64,000 nt of DNA from Sphingomicrobium sp. (GTDB lineage Bacteria; Pseudomonadota; Alphaproteobacteria; Sphingomonadales; Sphingomonadaceae): positions 731-64,730 of the forward strand of contig DASSPS010000045.1 of NCBI GenBank assembly GCA_035699505.1, read 5' to 3'. Shown in pieces: positions 37,553-47,789 of the stretch. The first letter of the stretch is position 1. Every line of letters starts with the position of its first letter. The position numbers and the translations under genes are program-made. Under the pieces are notes generated by a model. It was given only the letters and a program-made list of their open reading frames with translations. It was not told the DNA's origin and searched no databases.

Positions 37553-38746
37553 CTAACTTTTATGCCGCTTGGCGGTGGACGGCGGTGGCGTGTCGGTAAC
37601 TTCGGGTGGCGGGAAGCCTTCACCCTGGACGATCGGCTCTCCACGCGCTTCCTTGTAAACGCTGCCGGTCATCGGTTCAAAGAACAGTCTTGGGGCATTG
37701 GCGCGAATCCGTGGTTCCGATCCGAACAAATCTATCGACTTGGCGAAATCGACTTTCTTCCGGACTTCGTCGAGCGGCATGCCGGCCTTGGCCAGCGGCA
37801 TGACCTGGGTCCGCAGGTCGATAAGGGAGGCAACAAGCTTGTCGAGGTGAGATGAATCGGCCTGTGGCATGCCGTGGCCGGGAATCAGGGTCGTGAAGCC
37901 CAGCGCCTTGATCTTGCCAATCGTGTCGATCCAGTCGCCGGAAAAGCTGCCGAACCCGAAAGGTACCGGCGCGACGATGATGTCGCCCGTCGCGACGATC
38001 TTCTGCTTGGGAAGCCAGGCGATGGCATCCCCTTCCGTGTTCGCCCGCCCAAGGAACATCAACCGGACCGGGAAATCGCGGTCGGTGATCAGCAGTTCCC
38101 GCTCGAAGGTCTCGTTCGGAAGGACAAGATAGCTGCCGACGAAGTCGCGAGCTAAGCTGTCCAACTGGCCAAGCGCTTTCCGAATCCGCTCCTTCCGGTC
38201 CGGCGCGGTGGTCGGATCTTCCAAAAACTTGCGGTAATTCGCCTTGCTCTGCTCGGTGAGGTTGGCGACGGCGCGGTCGAATTTGGGGTCGGGCCGGTAA
38301 CCGATGTCATAGGCCGCGGGGCCGCGCAGCCCGGCCTCGGTTCCCCGGGTCGTGATGATTCGCACCTTGGGATAGGCGTCCCGGATCGCGGAAACGCCCT
38401 GGGGATGGTCGCCATGCCAGTGGGTTATCAGCACAGCCTTGATCGGTTTCTTCGCCAACGACCGCGCGTAGCGGACCACGGCCCGGCCGTTGGCAGCATT
38501 GATGCCGCTGTCGATAACCACGAAGCCGTCGCGCTGCTCGATCAGGATGACGTTGCCGATCGCCGCCGCAAACCAATCGTCCGGCGTGCTGAGCAGATGG
38601 ACCTTCGCATGCACCTGATGCGCGATAAACGGCGCGATGTCGACCGACGCGGCCGCCACAGCGCCCGCTGATTGTCCTTGCGCCGGAGCAGGCCCGGCGA
38701 TCGTTGCCGCGACCAGGGCCGAAGCGCTCAGCAACTTCAGTCTCAT
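37553..38746 (-). CDS. MBL-fold metallo-hydrolase (secreted)
   Basis: Signal peptide MRLKLLSASALVAATIAGPAPAQG and an HxHxDH motif (ITHWHGDH). The start is ATG 38746. Confidence 0.85.
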   Translation of the reverse strand: MRLKLLSASALVAATIAGPAPAQGQSAGAVAAASVDIAPFIAHQVHAKVHLLSTPDDWFAAAIGNVILIEQRDGFVVIDSGINAANGRAVVRYARSLAKKPIKAVLITHWHGDHPQGVSAIRDAYPKVRIITTRGTEAGLRGPAAYDIGYRPDPKFDRAVANLTEQSKANYRKFLEDPTTAPDRKERIRKALGQLDSLARDFVGSYLVLPNETFERELLITDRDFPVRLMFLGRANTEGDAIAWLPKQKIVATGDIIVAPVPFGFGSFSGDWIDTIGKIKALGFTTLIPGHGMPQADSSHLDKLVASLIDLRTQVMPLAKAGMPLDEVRKKVDFAKSIDLFGSEPRIRANAPRLFFEPMTGSVYKEARGEPIVQGEGFPPPEVTDTPPPSTAKRHKS

Positions 38747-38902
38747 TGGTTTTCCCCGTCTGTTTCCGGTCAATCCCATTCCCGCCCACCCAAACCGCAA
38801 GGCGCGTTCGACAGATCGGCATTCTGCTTCGACCCGGGGTGAAATGATCGAAACATCGACGGAAGACTGGCGATTCGGGCCGCACTATCTTAGGCAGCGG
38901 CC

Positions 38903-39349
38903 ATGCGCATCGCCCTCGCCGCCGACCATGCCGGCTTCCCCCTGAAGCAAGAACTCGCCGGCTGGCTGCGCGACCAGGGGCACGACATTGTCGATCTCGG
39001 CACCCATTCAGGCGACAGCGTCGACTACCCGCGATTCGGCGCCAGGCTTGCCAGCGCCATTGCCGGCAACGAGGCCGAGCGCGGCATCGCCGTCTGCGGC
39101 TCCGGCATCGGCATTTCGATCGCGGTCAACCGCAACCCCGCCTGTCGCTGCGCACGGGTCGGCGATCCGCTCTCGGCCGAGCTCGCCCGCGAGCATAATG
39201 ACGCCAACGTGCTGGCGCTCGGCGCGCGGCTGGTCGGGCCCGACATGGCGAAGGCTTGCGTCCTGGCCTTTCTCGCCACCGATTTCGCCGGTGGCCGTCA
39301 CCAGCGCCGGGTCGACCAGCTGTCAACCATTCTCGAGGAAAGCGACTGA
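38903..39349 (+). CDS. rpiB: ribose 5-phosphate isomerase B
   Basis: [15 protein letters not shown]...[13 protein letters not shown]... Confidence 0.94.
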   Translation: MRIALAADHAGFPLKQELAGWLRDQGHDIVDLGTHSGDSVDYPRFGARLASAIAGNEAERGIAVCGSGIGISIAVNRNPACRCARVGDPLSAELAREHNDANVLALGARLVGPDMAKACVLAFLATDFAGGRHQRRVDQLSTILEESD

Positions 39350-40659
39350 TGGCCTCCGCCGCCAATGTGAACGACGTCCAGCCGGACGGATTCTTTACCC
39401 GCGGCCTTGCCGAGGCCGATCCCGAGATCAGCGGCGCCATCGGCCTCGAACTCGGCCGTCAACGGGACAAGATCGAGCTCATTGCGTCGGAGAATATCGT
39501 CTCGAAAGCAGTGCTCGAGGCGCAGGGGTCGGTCCTCACCAACAAATATGCCGAAGGCTATCCGGGCAAGCGCTATTACGGCGGCTGCGAATATGTCGAC
39601 ATCGTCGAGCAGCTGGCCATCGACCGCGCCAGGCAATTGTTCGGCTGTGAGTTCGCCAACGTCCAGCCCAACAGCGGCAGCCAGATGAACCAGGCGGTGT
39701 TCCTCGCCCTGCTGCAGCCCGGCGACAAGTTCATGGGCCTCGACCTCAACGCCGGCGGCCACCTTACGCACGGATCGCCGGTCAACATGTCGGGCAAATG
39801 GTTTAAGCCCGTCGCCTATGGCGTCCGCGAGGACGACCAGCTGATCGACATGGATGAGGTTGCCGACATCGCCCGGCGCGAGCGGCCGAAACTGATTATC
39901 GCCGGCGGCACCGCTTATTCGCGGATTTGGGATTTCGCTGCCTTCCGCCGGATCGCCGATGAGGTCGGCGCCTGGCTGATGGTCGATATGGCGCATTTTG
40001 CCGGCCTGGTAGCCGGCGGCGCCCACCCCAGTCCCATCCCGCATGCCCATGTGACGACAACGACCACGCACAAGTCGCTTCGAGGCCCGCGCGGCGGCAT
40101 GATCCTGACCAACGACGAAGCCCTCGCCAAGAAGATGAATTCGGCGGTATTTCCGGGATTGCAGGGCGGCCCGTTGATGCATGTCATCGCCGCCAAGGCG
40201 GTGGCCTTCGGGGAGGCGCTGAGGCCCGAATTCCGCGATTATGCCGCGCAGATCGTCCGCAACGCCCGTGCCCTCGCCGCTGCGCTGCAGGACGAAGGGC
40301 TCGATATCGTCTCAGGCGGCACCGACAACCATCTGATGCTCGTCGACCTTCGCCCGAAGCAAGCCAAGGGCAAGCATGCCGAGCATGCGCTCGACCGGGC
40401 GTCGATCACCTGCAACAAGAACGGCATCCCGTTCGATCCGGAAAAGCCGTTCGTCACCTCCGGAATCCGGCTTGGAACTCCGGCGGGCACGACCCGCGGC
40501 TTCGGCGAAGACGAATTCCGCACGATCGGCGGCTTGATTGCCGAAGTGGTCGAAGGCCTGCGCAAGAACGGCGAAGCGGGCGATGCCCAGGTCGAGCAAT
40601 CGGTCGGCCGTCGGGTTAGCGAACTGTGCGCCCGATTCCCAATTTATCCGGATCTCTAG
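39349..40659 (+). CDS. glyA: serine hydroxymethyltransferase
   Basis: ...[37 protein letters not shown]...[14 protein letters not shown].... The ATG overlaps the rpiB stop. Confidence 0.97.
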   Translation: MASAANVNDVQPDGFFTRGLAEADPEISGAIGLELGRQRDKIELIASENIVSKAVLEAQGSVLTNKYAEGYPGKRYYGGCEYVDIVEQLAIDRARQLFGCEFANVQPNSGSQMNQAVFLALLQPGDKFMGLDLNAGGHLTHGSPVNMSGKWFKPVAYGVREDDQLIDMDEVADIARRERPKLIIAGGTAYSRIWDFAAFRRIADEVGAWLMVDMAHFAGLVAGGAHPSPIPHAHVTTTTTHKSLRGPRGGMILTNDEALAKKMNSAVFPGLQGGPLMHVIAAKAVAFGEALRPEFRDYAAQIVRNARALAAALQDEGLDIVSGGTDNHLMLVDLRPKQAKGKHAEHALDRASITCNKNGIPFDPEKPFVTSGIRLGTPAGTTRGFGEDEFRTIGGLIAEVVEGLRKNGEAGDAQVEQSVGRRVSELCARFPIYPDL

Positions 40660-40662
40660 CCC

Positions 40663-41142
40663 TTGCGCTGCCCTTTCTGCGCCCATGAAGACAGCCAGGT
40701 GAAGGACAGCCGGCCGAGCGAGGACGGCGCGTCCATTCGCCGCCGCCGCCAGTGCGAAGCGTGCGGCGCGCGCTTCACGACGTTCGAGCGGGTGCAGCTG
40801 CGCGACCTGACCGTGGTCAAGAAGGACGGCAAGCGCGAGCCATTCGATCGCACCAAGCTGGAACGCGCCATTGGCCACGCCACCCGCAAGCGCGAGATTC
40901 CGGCTGAGAAGATCGACCGGCTGATCACCGGCGTCCAGCGCCAGCTCGAAACCCGCGGTGACGAAGTTCGCACGGTTGAGATCGGCGAAGCGGTGATGGC
41001 CGGCCTCAAAGCCCTGGACCATGTCGCCTACATCCGTTTCGCCAGCATCTACAAGGATTTCAGCGACCCCGGGGATTTCGCCGAGATCGCCGAGCGGGTA
41101 GAGAAAGAATCGGCCCCGCCCGGCCAAGACACGCTGCTGTGA
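40663..41142 (+). CDS. nrdR: transcriptional repressor NrdR
   Basis: [17 protein letters not shown]...[16 protein letters not shown], a zinc ribbon plus ATP-cone. The start codon is TTG. Confidence 0.95.
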   Translation: MRCPFCAHEDSQVKDSRPSEDGASIRRRRQCEACGARFTTFERVQLRDLTVVKKDGKREPFDRTKLERAIGHATRKREIPAEKIDRLITGVQRQLETRGDEVRTVEIGEAVMAGLKALDHVAYIRFASIYKDFSDPGDFAEIAERVEKESAPPGQDTLL

Positions 41143-41861
41143 GCCCGAACAAACCCATCATCGTGCTCGTCCGTCCCCAGCTCGGGCAGAATATCGGCAA
41201 GGCGGCGCGGGCGATGCTCAACTTCGGCTTGACCGAGTTGCGGCTCGTCGCGCCGCGCGACGGCTGGCCCAATCCCGATGCCGGACCCTCGGCAAGCGGC
41301 GCCGACTCGGTGCTGGAACAGGCCAAGGTGTATGGCACCGTTCAGGACGCGATCGGTGACTGTTCGACGGTGTTCGCCTCCACCGTACGGCGGCGTGATC
41401 TCGTCCTGCCGGTCGTCGGCCCCGAAGAGATGGCCGGGACGATCGCCACCGCGCCGGGGCGCTCCGCCATCCTGTTCGGACCGGAACGTTCGGGCCTCGA
41501 AACCGAAGACGTTGCGTTGGCAACCGCCATCGTCACCGTGCCGGTAAACCCGGATTTCGGCTCGCTCAACCTGGCGCAGGCCGTCATCCTGCTCGCCTAT
41601 GAATGGTCGAAACATGCCCCCCTGGCGCAGCCGCCGGCCAGGGAACGCGAAGCAATCGCTCCGCATGCCGAGATGGAGGGGCTGATGGCGCAGCTCGAGG
41701 GAGCGCTCGAGAGTAAGGGATATTTTCACCCTCCGTCGCGGACCCGGTCGACGAAAAACACGATCCGGACGATCATGACCAAAACCGGCTGGTCATCGCG
41801 GGAAGTGCAAGCTGTACGAGGAATAGTCCGTGCGTTGGTCGGGAAAAGTCGAACGCGGTAA
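41139..41861 (+). CDS. SpoU/TrmH-family RNA 2'-O-methyltransferase (TrmJ-like)
   Basis: [22 protein letters not shown]...LFGPERSGL...NLAQAV. Confidence 0.85.
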   Translation: MSPNKPIIVLVRPQLGQNIGKAARAMLNFGLTELRLVAPRDGWPNPDAGPSASGADSVLEQAKVYGTVQDAIGDCSTVFASTVRRRDLVLPVVGPEEMAGTIATAPGRSAILFGPERSGLETEDVALATAIVTVPVNPDFGSLNLAQAVILLAYEWSKHAPLAQPPAREREAIAPHAEMEGLMAQLEGALESKGYFHPPSRTRSTKNTIRTIMTKTGWSSREVQAVRGIVRALVGKSRTR

Positions 41862-42083
41862 TTGCTTTGCGTATGTGCGAGCGCGGCGCGGCCAATGGCC
41901 AGGAGTCGACAGCCGGACCAGGCTACCGACGGCATGACCGAGTCAAGAATCTGGGCCCACCAGTGGTACCGCTGAGCGTTGCGCGCCCCTCCTAACCCAC
42001 ATGGCAAGAGCAGCGACGAGGCGTCAAAAAGGCGAGGGGCTATGATATGCTATTCAGCGCGAATTCACTTCCCTTGGCAGAAC

Positions 42084-42120
42084 GAGTTCAGCAGTTGGCC
42101 GTGCTTCGGTTGAACTTTTT
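42084..42120 (+). terminator. orphan intrinsic terminator-like hairpin
   Basis: gagttcagc...gttgaact followed by TTTTT. It lies about 225 nt after the trmJ-like stop and about 40 nt before the next ATG. Confidence 0.4.
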
Positions 42121-42159
42121 CGGTATTCGGTTCAGTATATTCGGCAACGGAGGACTGAG

Positions 42160-42411
42160 ATGAGCATAGCTGTTGCGTTGCTGGTATTTGCGTCGGCGCA
42201 GGGAGCCGCGCCCGCTGTGTCCCCCAAACCGAATTTCGAGGATCCGGTCGTTTGCCGGCGGTCGAAGCTGCCCGAAGTCGGGACTCGGATGAAACCCAAG
42301 CCCGTCTGCCAGCGCAAGTCGGACTGGGCGATGTTTGACAAGCAGAACGAAAACGAGCTTCGGCAAATCAACCAGCGCGGCAATAATCCCGGCAAGGCCG
42401 AGAGTCGCTAG
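42160..42411 (+). CDS. hypothetical small secreted protein
   Basis: 83 aa with signal peptide MSIAVALLVFASAQGAAP, two Cys residues, and GGAGGA upstream of the ATG. The context is AT-richer. Confidence 0.5.
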   Translation: MSIAVALLVFASAQGAAPAVSPKPNFEDPVVCRRSKLPEVGTRMKPKPVCQRKSDWAMFDKQNENELRQINQRGNNPGKAESR

Positions 42412-42558
42412 CCCACAATTCTTGACCTAAGTCCGGTGCTCCTTTAGGGGCGCTTCACGCAATTGATCCCGCACTCCCGGTGAAGCGGTGGTCGCGCCAT
42501 GCACCAGGCATGGCGGTGCGGTCCCGGGACTTTGGAAACGCGAATTGGAGATTGCATC

Positions 42559-43173
42559 GTGAGCAAGCGCACCAGCGCCAAATACAAGCTCGACCGCCGC
42601 ATGGGCGAGAACGTCTTCGGACGGCCCAAGAGCCCGGTTAACCGCCGCGAATATGGCCCCGGCCAGCACGGCCAGCGCCGCAAGGGCAAGGTCAGCGATT
42701 ATGGCATTCAGCTCCGCGCCAAGCAGAAGCTGAAGGGCTACTACGGCGACGTCACCGAAAAGCAGTTCAAGCGCACCTACCAGGAAGCGAGCGCCATGAA
42801 GGGCGACGCCAGCCAGAATTTGATCGGCCTGCTCGAGCGCCGGCTGGACATGGTCGTTTATCGCGCCAAGTTCGCGCCGACGATCTGGGCCGCCCGCCAG
42901 CTGGTCAGCCACGGCCACATCCGGGTCAATGGCGTGAAATGCAACATCGCTTCCCGCCGCGTGAATGTCGGCGACGTCATCGAGCTTGGCCCAAAGGCCC
43001 AGGAAATGGCGCTGGTCATTGAGGCGCAGGGCCTCGCCGAACGCGACGTGCCTGATTATGTTTCGCCGGACGGCACGGCCAAGGTGACCTACACACGCGT
43101 CCCCACTCTGGACGAGGTTCCTTATCCAGTTCGGATGGAACCAAATCTCGTCATTGAGTTCTATTCGCGCTAA
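42559..43173 (+). CDS. rpsD: 30S ribosomal protein S4
   Basis: [26 protein letters not shown]...S4 domain. The start is GTG 42559. Confidence 0.96.
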   Translation: MSKRTSAKYKLDRRMGENVFGRPKSPVNRREYGPGQHGQRRKGKVSDYGIQLRAKQKLKGYYGDVTEKQFKRTYQEASAMKGDASQNLIGLLERRLDMVVYRAKFAPTIWAARQLVSHGHIRVNGVKCNIASRRVNVGDVIELGPKAQEMALVIEAQGLAERDVPDYVSPDGTAKVTYTRVPTLDEVPYPVRMEPNLVIEFYSR

Positions 43174-43200
43174 ACGCTCAAATTCAGCGTGCCGAAAATC

Positions 43201-43233
43201 GGGCGGCCCCTCCCGGGGTCGCCCTTTTTTGTT
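43201..43233 (+). terminator. rpsD intrinsic terminator
   Basis: gggcggcccc-tccc-ggggtcgccc followed by ttttttgttt. Confidence 0.75.
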
Positions 43234-43255
43234 TGGCCTGTTAGGCGCCCATTCC

Positions 43256-44230
43256 ATGACCCAGCCACCTCTTCCGGAATGGGCGCCGCATGAAGCGGTG
43301 TGGATCGGATTCCCGAGTGACCCGGAACTGTGGGGCGACGACCTGGTACCGGCACAGGAAGAAGCCGCAGCGTTCGCCCGGGCTGTCCATGCCGATGGCA
43401 GGGGTGAATCGATCCGGCTGATCGCCGCCAACGAGGATGCAGCCGCCGCAGCGCGAAACCTCGCCCCATTCGCCGAAGTAATCGTCGAAGCGTTCGGCGA
43501 CATATGGCTGCGGGACACCGGCCCAATAGTGGTTGGGTCCGGCCGAACGCGCCTGGCGCAGGGCTTCGCCTTCAACGGCTGGGGGGCGAAATACGACCTG
43601 CCCGGCGACGATACGATCGGCGAGCGGCTCGCTGCCGCGGCGGGCCTACCCTACGCCCGGGCCGGCTGGATCCTGGAAGGCGGAGCGATCGACGGCGACG
43701 GGTCTGGAACCGTCGTCACCACCGAGCAATGCCTCCTCAACCCCAACCGCAACCCTCTCGCGCGCAAGGAAGTCGAGGAGCGCCTGCTTGCCGACCTCGG
43801 TTTCGAACGCGTCATCTGGCTCGGCCAGGGCCTTGCCAACGACCATACCGACGGTCATGTCGACAACCTCGCCCGCTTTATTGCACCCGGCCGAGTGGCC
43901 ATCCCGACGCCGGCCACGGACGATCCCAACGCGGCGATCTACAAGGATGCGGCGCAGCGTCTGAAGTCGGCGAGGATGGACATCGTCACGCTGCCATCGC
44001 CGGGCCGTATCGAGAATAAGGACGGCGACATCATCCCGGCCAGCTACATGAATTTCTACATCGGCAATGCCGCGGTCGTCGTCCCGCAATATGGCGCGCC
44101 CAACGACGGGGCGGCGGTTGACGTCATCCAGGCCCTGTTCCCCGATCGCAGGGCAATCGGCCTGCGCGCCGACCATGTCCTCACCGGCGGCGGCAGTTTC
44201 CACTGCATCAGCCAACACGTGCCAGCGTGA
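43256..44230 (+). CDS. aguA: agmatine deiminase family protein
   Basis: ...IWLRDTGPI...EGGAIDGDGSGTVVTTEQCLLNPNRNP...GGGSFHCISQHVP. Confidence 0.9.
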   Translation: MTQPPLPEWAPHEAVWIGFPSDPELWGDDLVPAQEEAAAFARAVHADGRGESIRLIAANEDAAAAARNLAPFAEVIVEAFGDIWLRDTGPIVVGSGRTRLAQGFAFNGWGAKYDLPGDDTIGERLAAAAGLPYARAGWILEGGAIDGDGSGTVVTTEQCLLNPNRNPLARKEVEERLLADLGFERVIWLGQGLANDHTDGHVDNLARFIAPGRVAIPTPATDDPNAAIYKDAAQRLKSARMDIVTLPSPGRIENKDGDIIPASYMNFYIGNAAVVVPQYGAPNDGAAVDVIQALFPDRRAIGLRADHVLTGGGSFHCISQHVPA

Positions 44231-44325
44231 CTTGCGCTTATGCGTCGTTCCCGCGAAAGGGGAATTTCAGCGAACAGTTGGTAAATTTGCGTCCCTGCTT
44301 GCGCGGGGGATGACAAGGATGAAGA

Positions 44326-45177
44326 ATGACCAAGCTGACCGTCGCTGCGCTTCAACTCGCTTTTGACGAGGAAGCCAGCGCCAACATCCAGGCCGTATCG
44401 GCACTCGTGCGTGAAGCTGCGGCCAAGGGCGCGGAAGTCGTGCTTCCACCGGAGCTTTTCGAAGGTCCCTATTTCTGCCGGGTGGAGGACGAAGCACTGT
44501 TCGCCACCGCTCGACCGACGGCCGAGCACCCCTCCGTGCTGGCGATGCAAGCTTTGGCGGCGGAGCTCCAAATCTGGATCCCGACCAGTTTCTTCGAGCT
44601 CGATGGCCCACACCATTATAACAGTCTCGCAATGGTCGGGCCGGACGGCAAAGTGGCCGGGGTCTATCGCAAGAGCCACATCCCTGACGGCCCGGGCTAT
44701 GAGGAGAAATTCTACTTCCGCCCCGGCAACACCGGCTTTAAGGTCTGGGGCGGCCCGCACCTGTCGACGCTCGGCGTCGGAATCTGCTGGGACCAATGGT
44801 ATCCGGAAACCGCCCGCGCCATGATGCTGATGGGCGCCGACATCCTCTTCTACCCGACCGCGATCGGCACCGAGCCGCACGACCCCGAACTCGACACCTC
44901 GCGGCTTTGGCGGCGGGCGATGATCGGTCATGCAGTCAGCAATGTCGTCCCCGTCGTTGCCGCCAATCGCATCGGCAAGGAACATGGCCAGCGCTTCTAC
45001 GGCCACAGCTTCATCTGCGACGAGCGCGGCGACATCCAGGCGGAATTTGGCGCCGAGGAAAGTGGCGTGCTGGTGGCGACCCTCGACCTTGCCGCCGCCA
45101 GGAAGCATCGCGCCGCCTTCGGTTTCTTCCGCGACCGCCGGCCCGACCTTTATGGCCGGCTGGTGGAGGACATCTAG
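44326..45177 (+). CDS. aguB: N-carbamoylputrescine amidase
   Basis: Carbon-nitrogen hydrolase (…LPELF…, …ICWDQWYPE…), adjacent to aguA. Confidence 0.9.
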   Translation: MTKLTVAALQLAFDEEASANIQAVSALVREAAAKGAEVVLPPELFEGPYFCRVEDEALFATARPTAEHPSVLAMQALAAELQIWIPTSFFELDGPHHYNSLAMVGPDGKVAGVYRKSHIPDGPGYEEKFYFRPGNTGFKVWGGPHLSTLGVGICWDQWYPETARAMMLMGADILFYPTAIGTEPHDPELDTSRLWRRAMIGHAVSNVVPVVAANRIGKEHGQRFYGHSFICDERGDIQAEFGAEESGVLVATLDLAAARKHRAAFGFFRDRRPDLYGRLVEDI

Positions 45178-45671
45178 AGCCGCACTTCCAGATAGACGCT
45201 GTCGCACCATTCGCCACCGACATGCCAAGTGCGGGGGGCGCGCCCCGTCTCGACAAATCCGTGACGCTGAAGCAGCCGCAAGGATGCCGCATTGCGCGGA
45301 TCGACATCGGCCCTGATTGCCCGCGGCTCGCCGATCACCCGGCGGCGTTCGAGATAGGCGCCGAGCGCCTCGCCAGCAAAGCCCTGTCCCCAGGCGTCGC
45401 GCAGCAGCAGGAAGCCGATTTCAGGCAAGCGCCAACAGCCCAGCTTGCCCAGGACCCGCCCGTCAAGCTGGAGGATGAAGTCGTCGCTTATCGCCGGGTC
45501 GGCATCGACCATCGAGGTCAGCCAGGTTTCGCTCTCGTCAAGCGTCCGGTGCGGCGGTGTCGACCAGTATCGCATCGCGTCCGGGTCGCTGAGCGCCGCA
45601 TGGAGGGCGTTCAGATCGCTCATTCGCGCCCGCCGAAGGAGCAGCCGGTCGGTTCGGATCTCGTCAGCCAT
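45174..45671 (-). CDS. GNAT family N-acetyltransferase (RimJ/RimL-like)
   Basis: IRTDRLLLRRARMSDL...WGQGFAGEAL...NAASLRLLQRHGF. Confidence 0.85.
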   Translation of the reverse strand: MADEIRTDRLLLRRARMSDLNALHAALSDPDAMRYWSTPPHRTLDESETWLTSMVDADPAISDDFILQLDGRVLGKLGCWRLPEIGFLLLRDAWGQGFAGEALGAYLERRRVIGEPRAIRADVDPRNAASLRLLQRHGFVETGRAPRTWHVGGEWCDSVYLEVRL

Positions 45672-46326
45672 TGCAGGCCTGTTCGAACACCGCCTCGAAC
45701 ATGGCCGCGTCGAGCCGCCGCGTGTTCTGGTTGTAGCGGCTGCAATGATAGCTATCGATCATCCGCTTGCCGCCCGGCAGGCGATGCTCGGCGCCATGCG
45801 CGAACCTGGTCGCCGACAGCGGCATGCCGAAACTTCGGCACAGGCTGTCATGCGCGACCTTGCCGAGCGCGATCAGGGTGGTGAGCCGGGGCAACGAGGC
45901 AATTCCCTCCATCAGGAACGGGCGGCAGTTCGTCTCTTCCACCGGCAGCGTCTTGTTTTGCGGCGGCAGGCATTTGACCGCATTGAGGATGATGGCGCCC
46001 TTGAGGTGGAGGCCGTCCGAAGGGTCGGCCCCATACTGCCCTTGGGCCAGCCCGAACTTGCGCAACGTCGCGTAAAGCAGTTCACCGGCGAAATCGCCAG
46101 TGAAGGGGCGGCCGGTCCGGTTCGCGCCATGCTTGCCGGGCGCCAGGCCGATGATCGCCAGCCAGGCGTCCGGATCGCCGAACGCAGGAACCGGCGCGTT
46201 CCACCACTCGGGATGCTCCGCCCGGCACTCACGGCGCAACGCCACCAGCCGCGGGCACAGGGGGCAGTCGCGCGGCGCCTCGGCGTTCGGCAAAGGCGAC
46301 AGGCTGGCGGGGGTGGCGAAGTCCAT
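45664..46326 (-). CDS. uracil-DNA glycosylase, family 4/5 (Fe-S type)
   Basis: CPLCPRL...GLAPGKHGANRTGRPFTGD...HCSRYN. The start is ATG 46326, within the longer ORF. Confidence 0.85.
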   Translation of the reverse strand: MDFATPASLSPLPNAEAPRDCPLCPRLVALRRECRAEHPEWWNAPVPAFGDPDAWLAIIGLAPGKHGANRTGRPFTGDFAGELLYATLRKFGLAQGQYGADPSDGLHLKGAIILNAVKCLPPQNKTLPVEETNCRPFLMEGIASLPRLTTLIALGKVAHDSLCRSFGMPLSATRFAHGAEHRLPGGKRMIDSYHCSRYNQNTRRLDAAMFEAVFEQACNG

Positions 46327-46349
46327 CCCGCTGCCGTAGGCGACCGCCC

Positions 46350-46832
46350 GTGTCACGCGCAACGCACCTTTACGCCATCGCCATCGGATCGAACCGGATG
46401 CACGGTCGCTATGGCCGGCCATCGGGCGTGGTTGATGCCGCGGTCGCCCGGCTAGATCAGGAATTCGGCCTGTTCGACGCCTCGCCGGTGGTCCTCAATG
46501 CGGCCATCGGCGGCGCCGGGCGCGATTTCGCCAACGCGGTTGCCCTGGTTGAAAGCGCCCTTGAACCGCCAGCCATGCTGCAGCGCCTGAAGGAACTTGA
46601 ACGGACATTCGGTCGCCGGCCGGGCAAGCATTGGGCGGCGCGGGTCCTCGACCTCGATATCCTCTTGTGGAGCGGGGGCAGGTATCAGTCGCGGCGCCTG
46701 GCGGTGCCCCATTCCGGCCTGGAGGTCCGGCCATTCGTGCTGCGGCCGCTTGCCGCCATTGCGCCGGGCTGGCGCATCCGGGGCGCCCTTGCCGCGCGCC
46801 ACCTCGCCTATCGCCTTGCCCGCCGCGCGTGA
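46350..46832 (+). CDS. folK: 2-amino-4-hydroxy-6-hydroxymethyldihydropteridine diphosphokinase
   Basis: ...YAIAIGSN...LKELERTFGRR...RVLDLDILLW... Confidence 0.88.
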   Translation: MSRATHLYAIAIGSNRMHGRYGRPSGVVDAAVARLDQEFGLFDASPVVLNAAIGGAGRDFANAVALVESALEPPAMLQRLKELERTFGRRPGKHWAARVLDLDILLWSGGRYQSRRLAVPHSGLEVRPFVLRPLAAIAPGWRIRGALAARHLAYRLARRA

Positions 46833-46844
46833 TAACGCAATTCC

Positions 46845-47645
46845 ATGCCAACGATCGGAATCAAGAGCAGTCTTGCCGGCGGGCAGAACGTCGAGCGCGG
46901 CCTCAATCCGGCCCGGCCGATCACCGCCATGGAAATGTCGGCGCTGATGCGGCTGCTCGGCGAAAGGACGCAGGCCAGCATCGCCCGCCGGTCGGTCGAT
47001 CCACTGATGGAGTTCGTCTATTCCAGCATGACCGAAGGGTCGCGGTTCATTGCCCACATTCCGGTCGCTTGCCGCAAGGGATGCAGCTTCTGCTGCAACG
47101 TCTGGGTCGATGCAACGCCACCGGAAGTGCTCTACACCGTGAAGAAGATGCCGCCCGAACAGAAACAACGGGCCTTCGAAGCGGTTGAACGGGCCTGCGC
47201 CCAGACATCGGGCGTGAGCTTCGAGGACCGGCTTGGCAAGGTCAACCCGCCCTGCCCCCTGCTCGCCGGCGACCGCGCCTGCAGCGTATATGAGGAACGG
47301 CCGGTCGCCTGCCGGACCCTGGTGTCGACTGATGTCGAAGCCTGCAAACAGACCTTCATCGACGGCAGCGACGAAGGATTTCCGGGCCTGAAGGTGTGGC
47401 TGACCTTGCGCGACAGCTATGCGCGGGCGCTGGAAGGGGCGCTCCTCTTTTCGGGCCTCGCCTGGCAGGCGCGCGAGTGGAATGCCTCGCTGAACATCGC
47501 GATGGACAGCCCGGATGCCGAGGGACGCTGGCTGGCCGGCGCCAATGTCTTCGCCGCGGCGCCGATGTCGCCGGCGCCGGCGACATTCGATAATCCGCTG
47601 TGGCGAAGCATCTACGAACAGGCGTTCGGCGTTGCTCCGGCCTGA
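46845..47645 (+). CDS. YkgJ-family cysteine-cluster protein
   Basis: CRKGCSFCCN...PCPLL..DRACSVYEERPVACR pattern (CxxCxxCC-type putative Fe/Zn-binding domain). Confidence 0.7.
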   Translation: MPTIGIKSSLAGGQNVERGLNPARPITAMEMSALMRLLGERTQASIARRSVDPLMEFVYSSMTEGSRFIAHIPVACRKGCSFCCNVWVDATPPEVLYTVKKMPPEQKQRAFEAVERACAQTSGVSFEDRLGKVNPPCPLLAGDRACSVYEERPVACRTLVSTDVEACKQTFIDGSDEGFPGLKVWLTLRDSYARALEGALLFSGLAWQAREWNASLNIAMDSPDAEGRWLAGANVFAAAPMSPAPATFDNPLWRSIYEQAFGVAPA

Positions 47646-47713
47646 TTGCGGCGACAAGCCAACGCCTCGCCTTGCCGGAGCGGCCCCAGCCGTCTAACGG
47701 CTTGCCCGCAAGT

Positions 47714-47789
47714 GGGCCCTTAGCTCAGTCGGTAGAGCAACTGACTTTTAATCAGTAGGTCGCTGGTTCGAATCCAGCAGGGCTCACCA
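47714..47789 (+). tRNA. tRNA-Lys (anticodon UUU)
   Basis: GGGCCCTTAGCTCAGTCGGTAGAGCAACTGACTTTTAATCAGT...GGTTCGAATCCAGCAGGGCTCACCA. It has the anticodon loop CT-TTT-AA and an encoded CCA. Confidence 0.95.

Noticed and set aside
44240-44320. Short GC hairpins (ttcccgcgaaaggggaa; tccctgcttgcgcggggga) between aguA and aguB
   Set aside because: They look like degenerate copies of common alphaproteobacterial intergenic palindromes. The stems are short and mismatched, and there is no specific function to propose.
44056-45228. 390-aa ORF on the minus strand
   Set aside because: It is antisense to aguB and the end of aguA, with no motifs. aguB is clearly the real gene.
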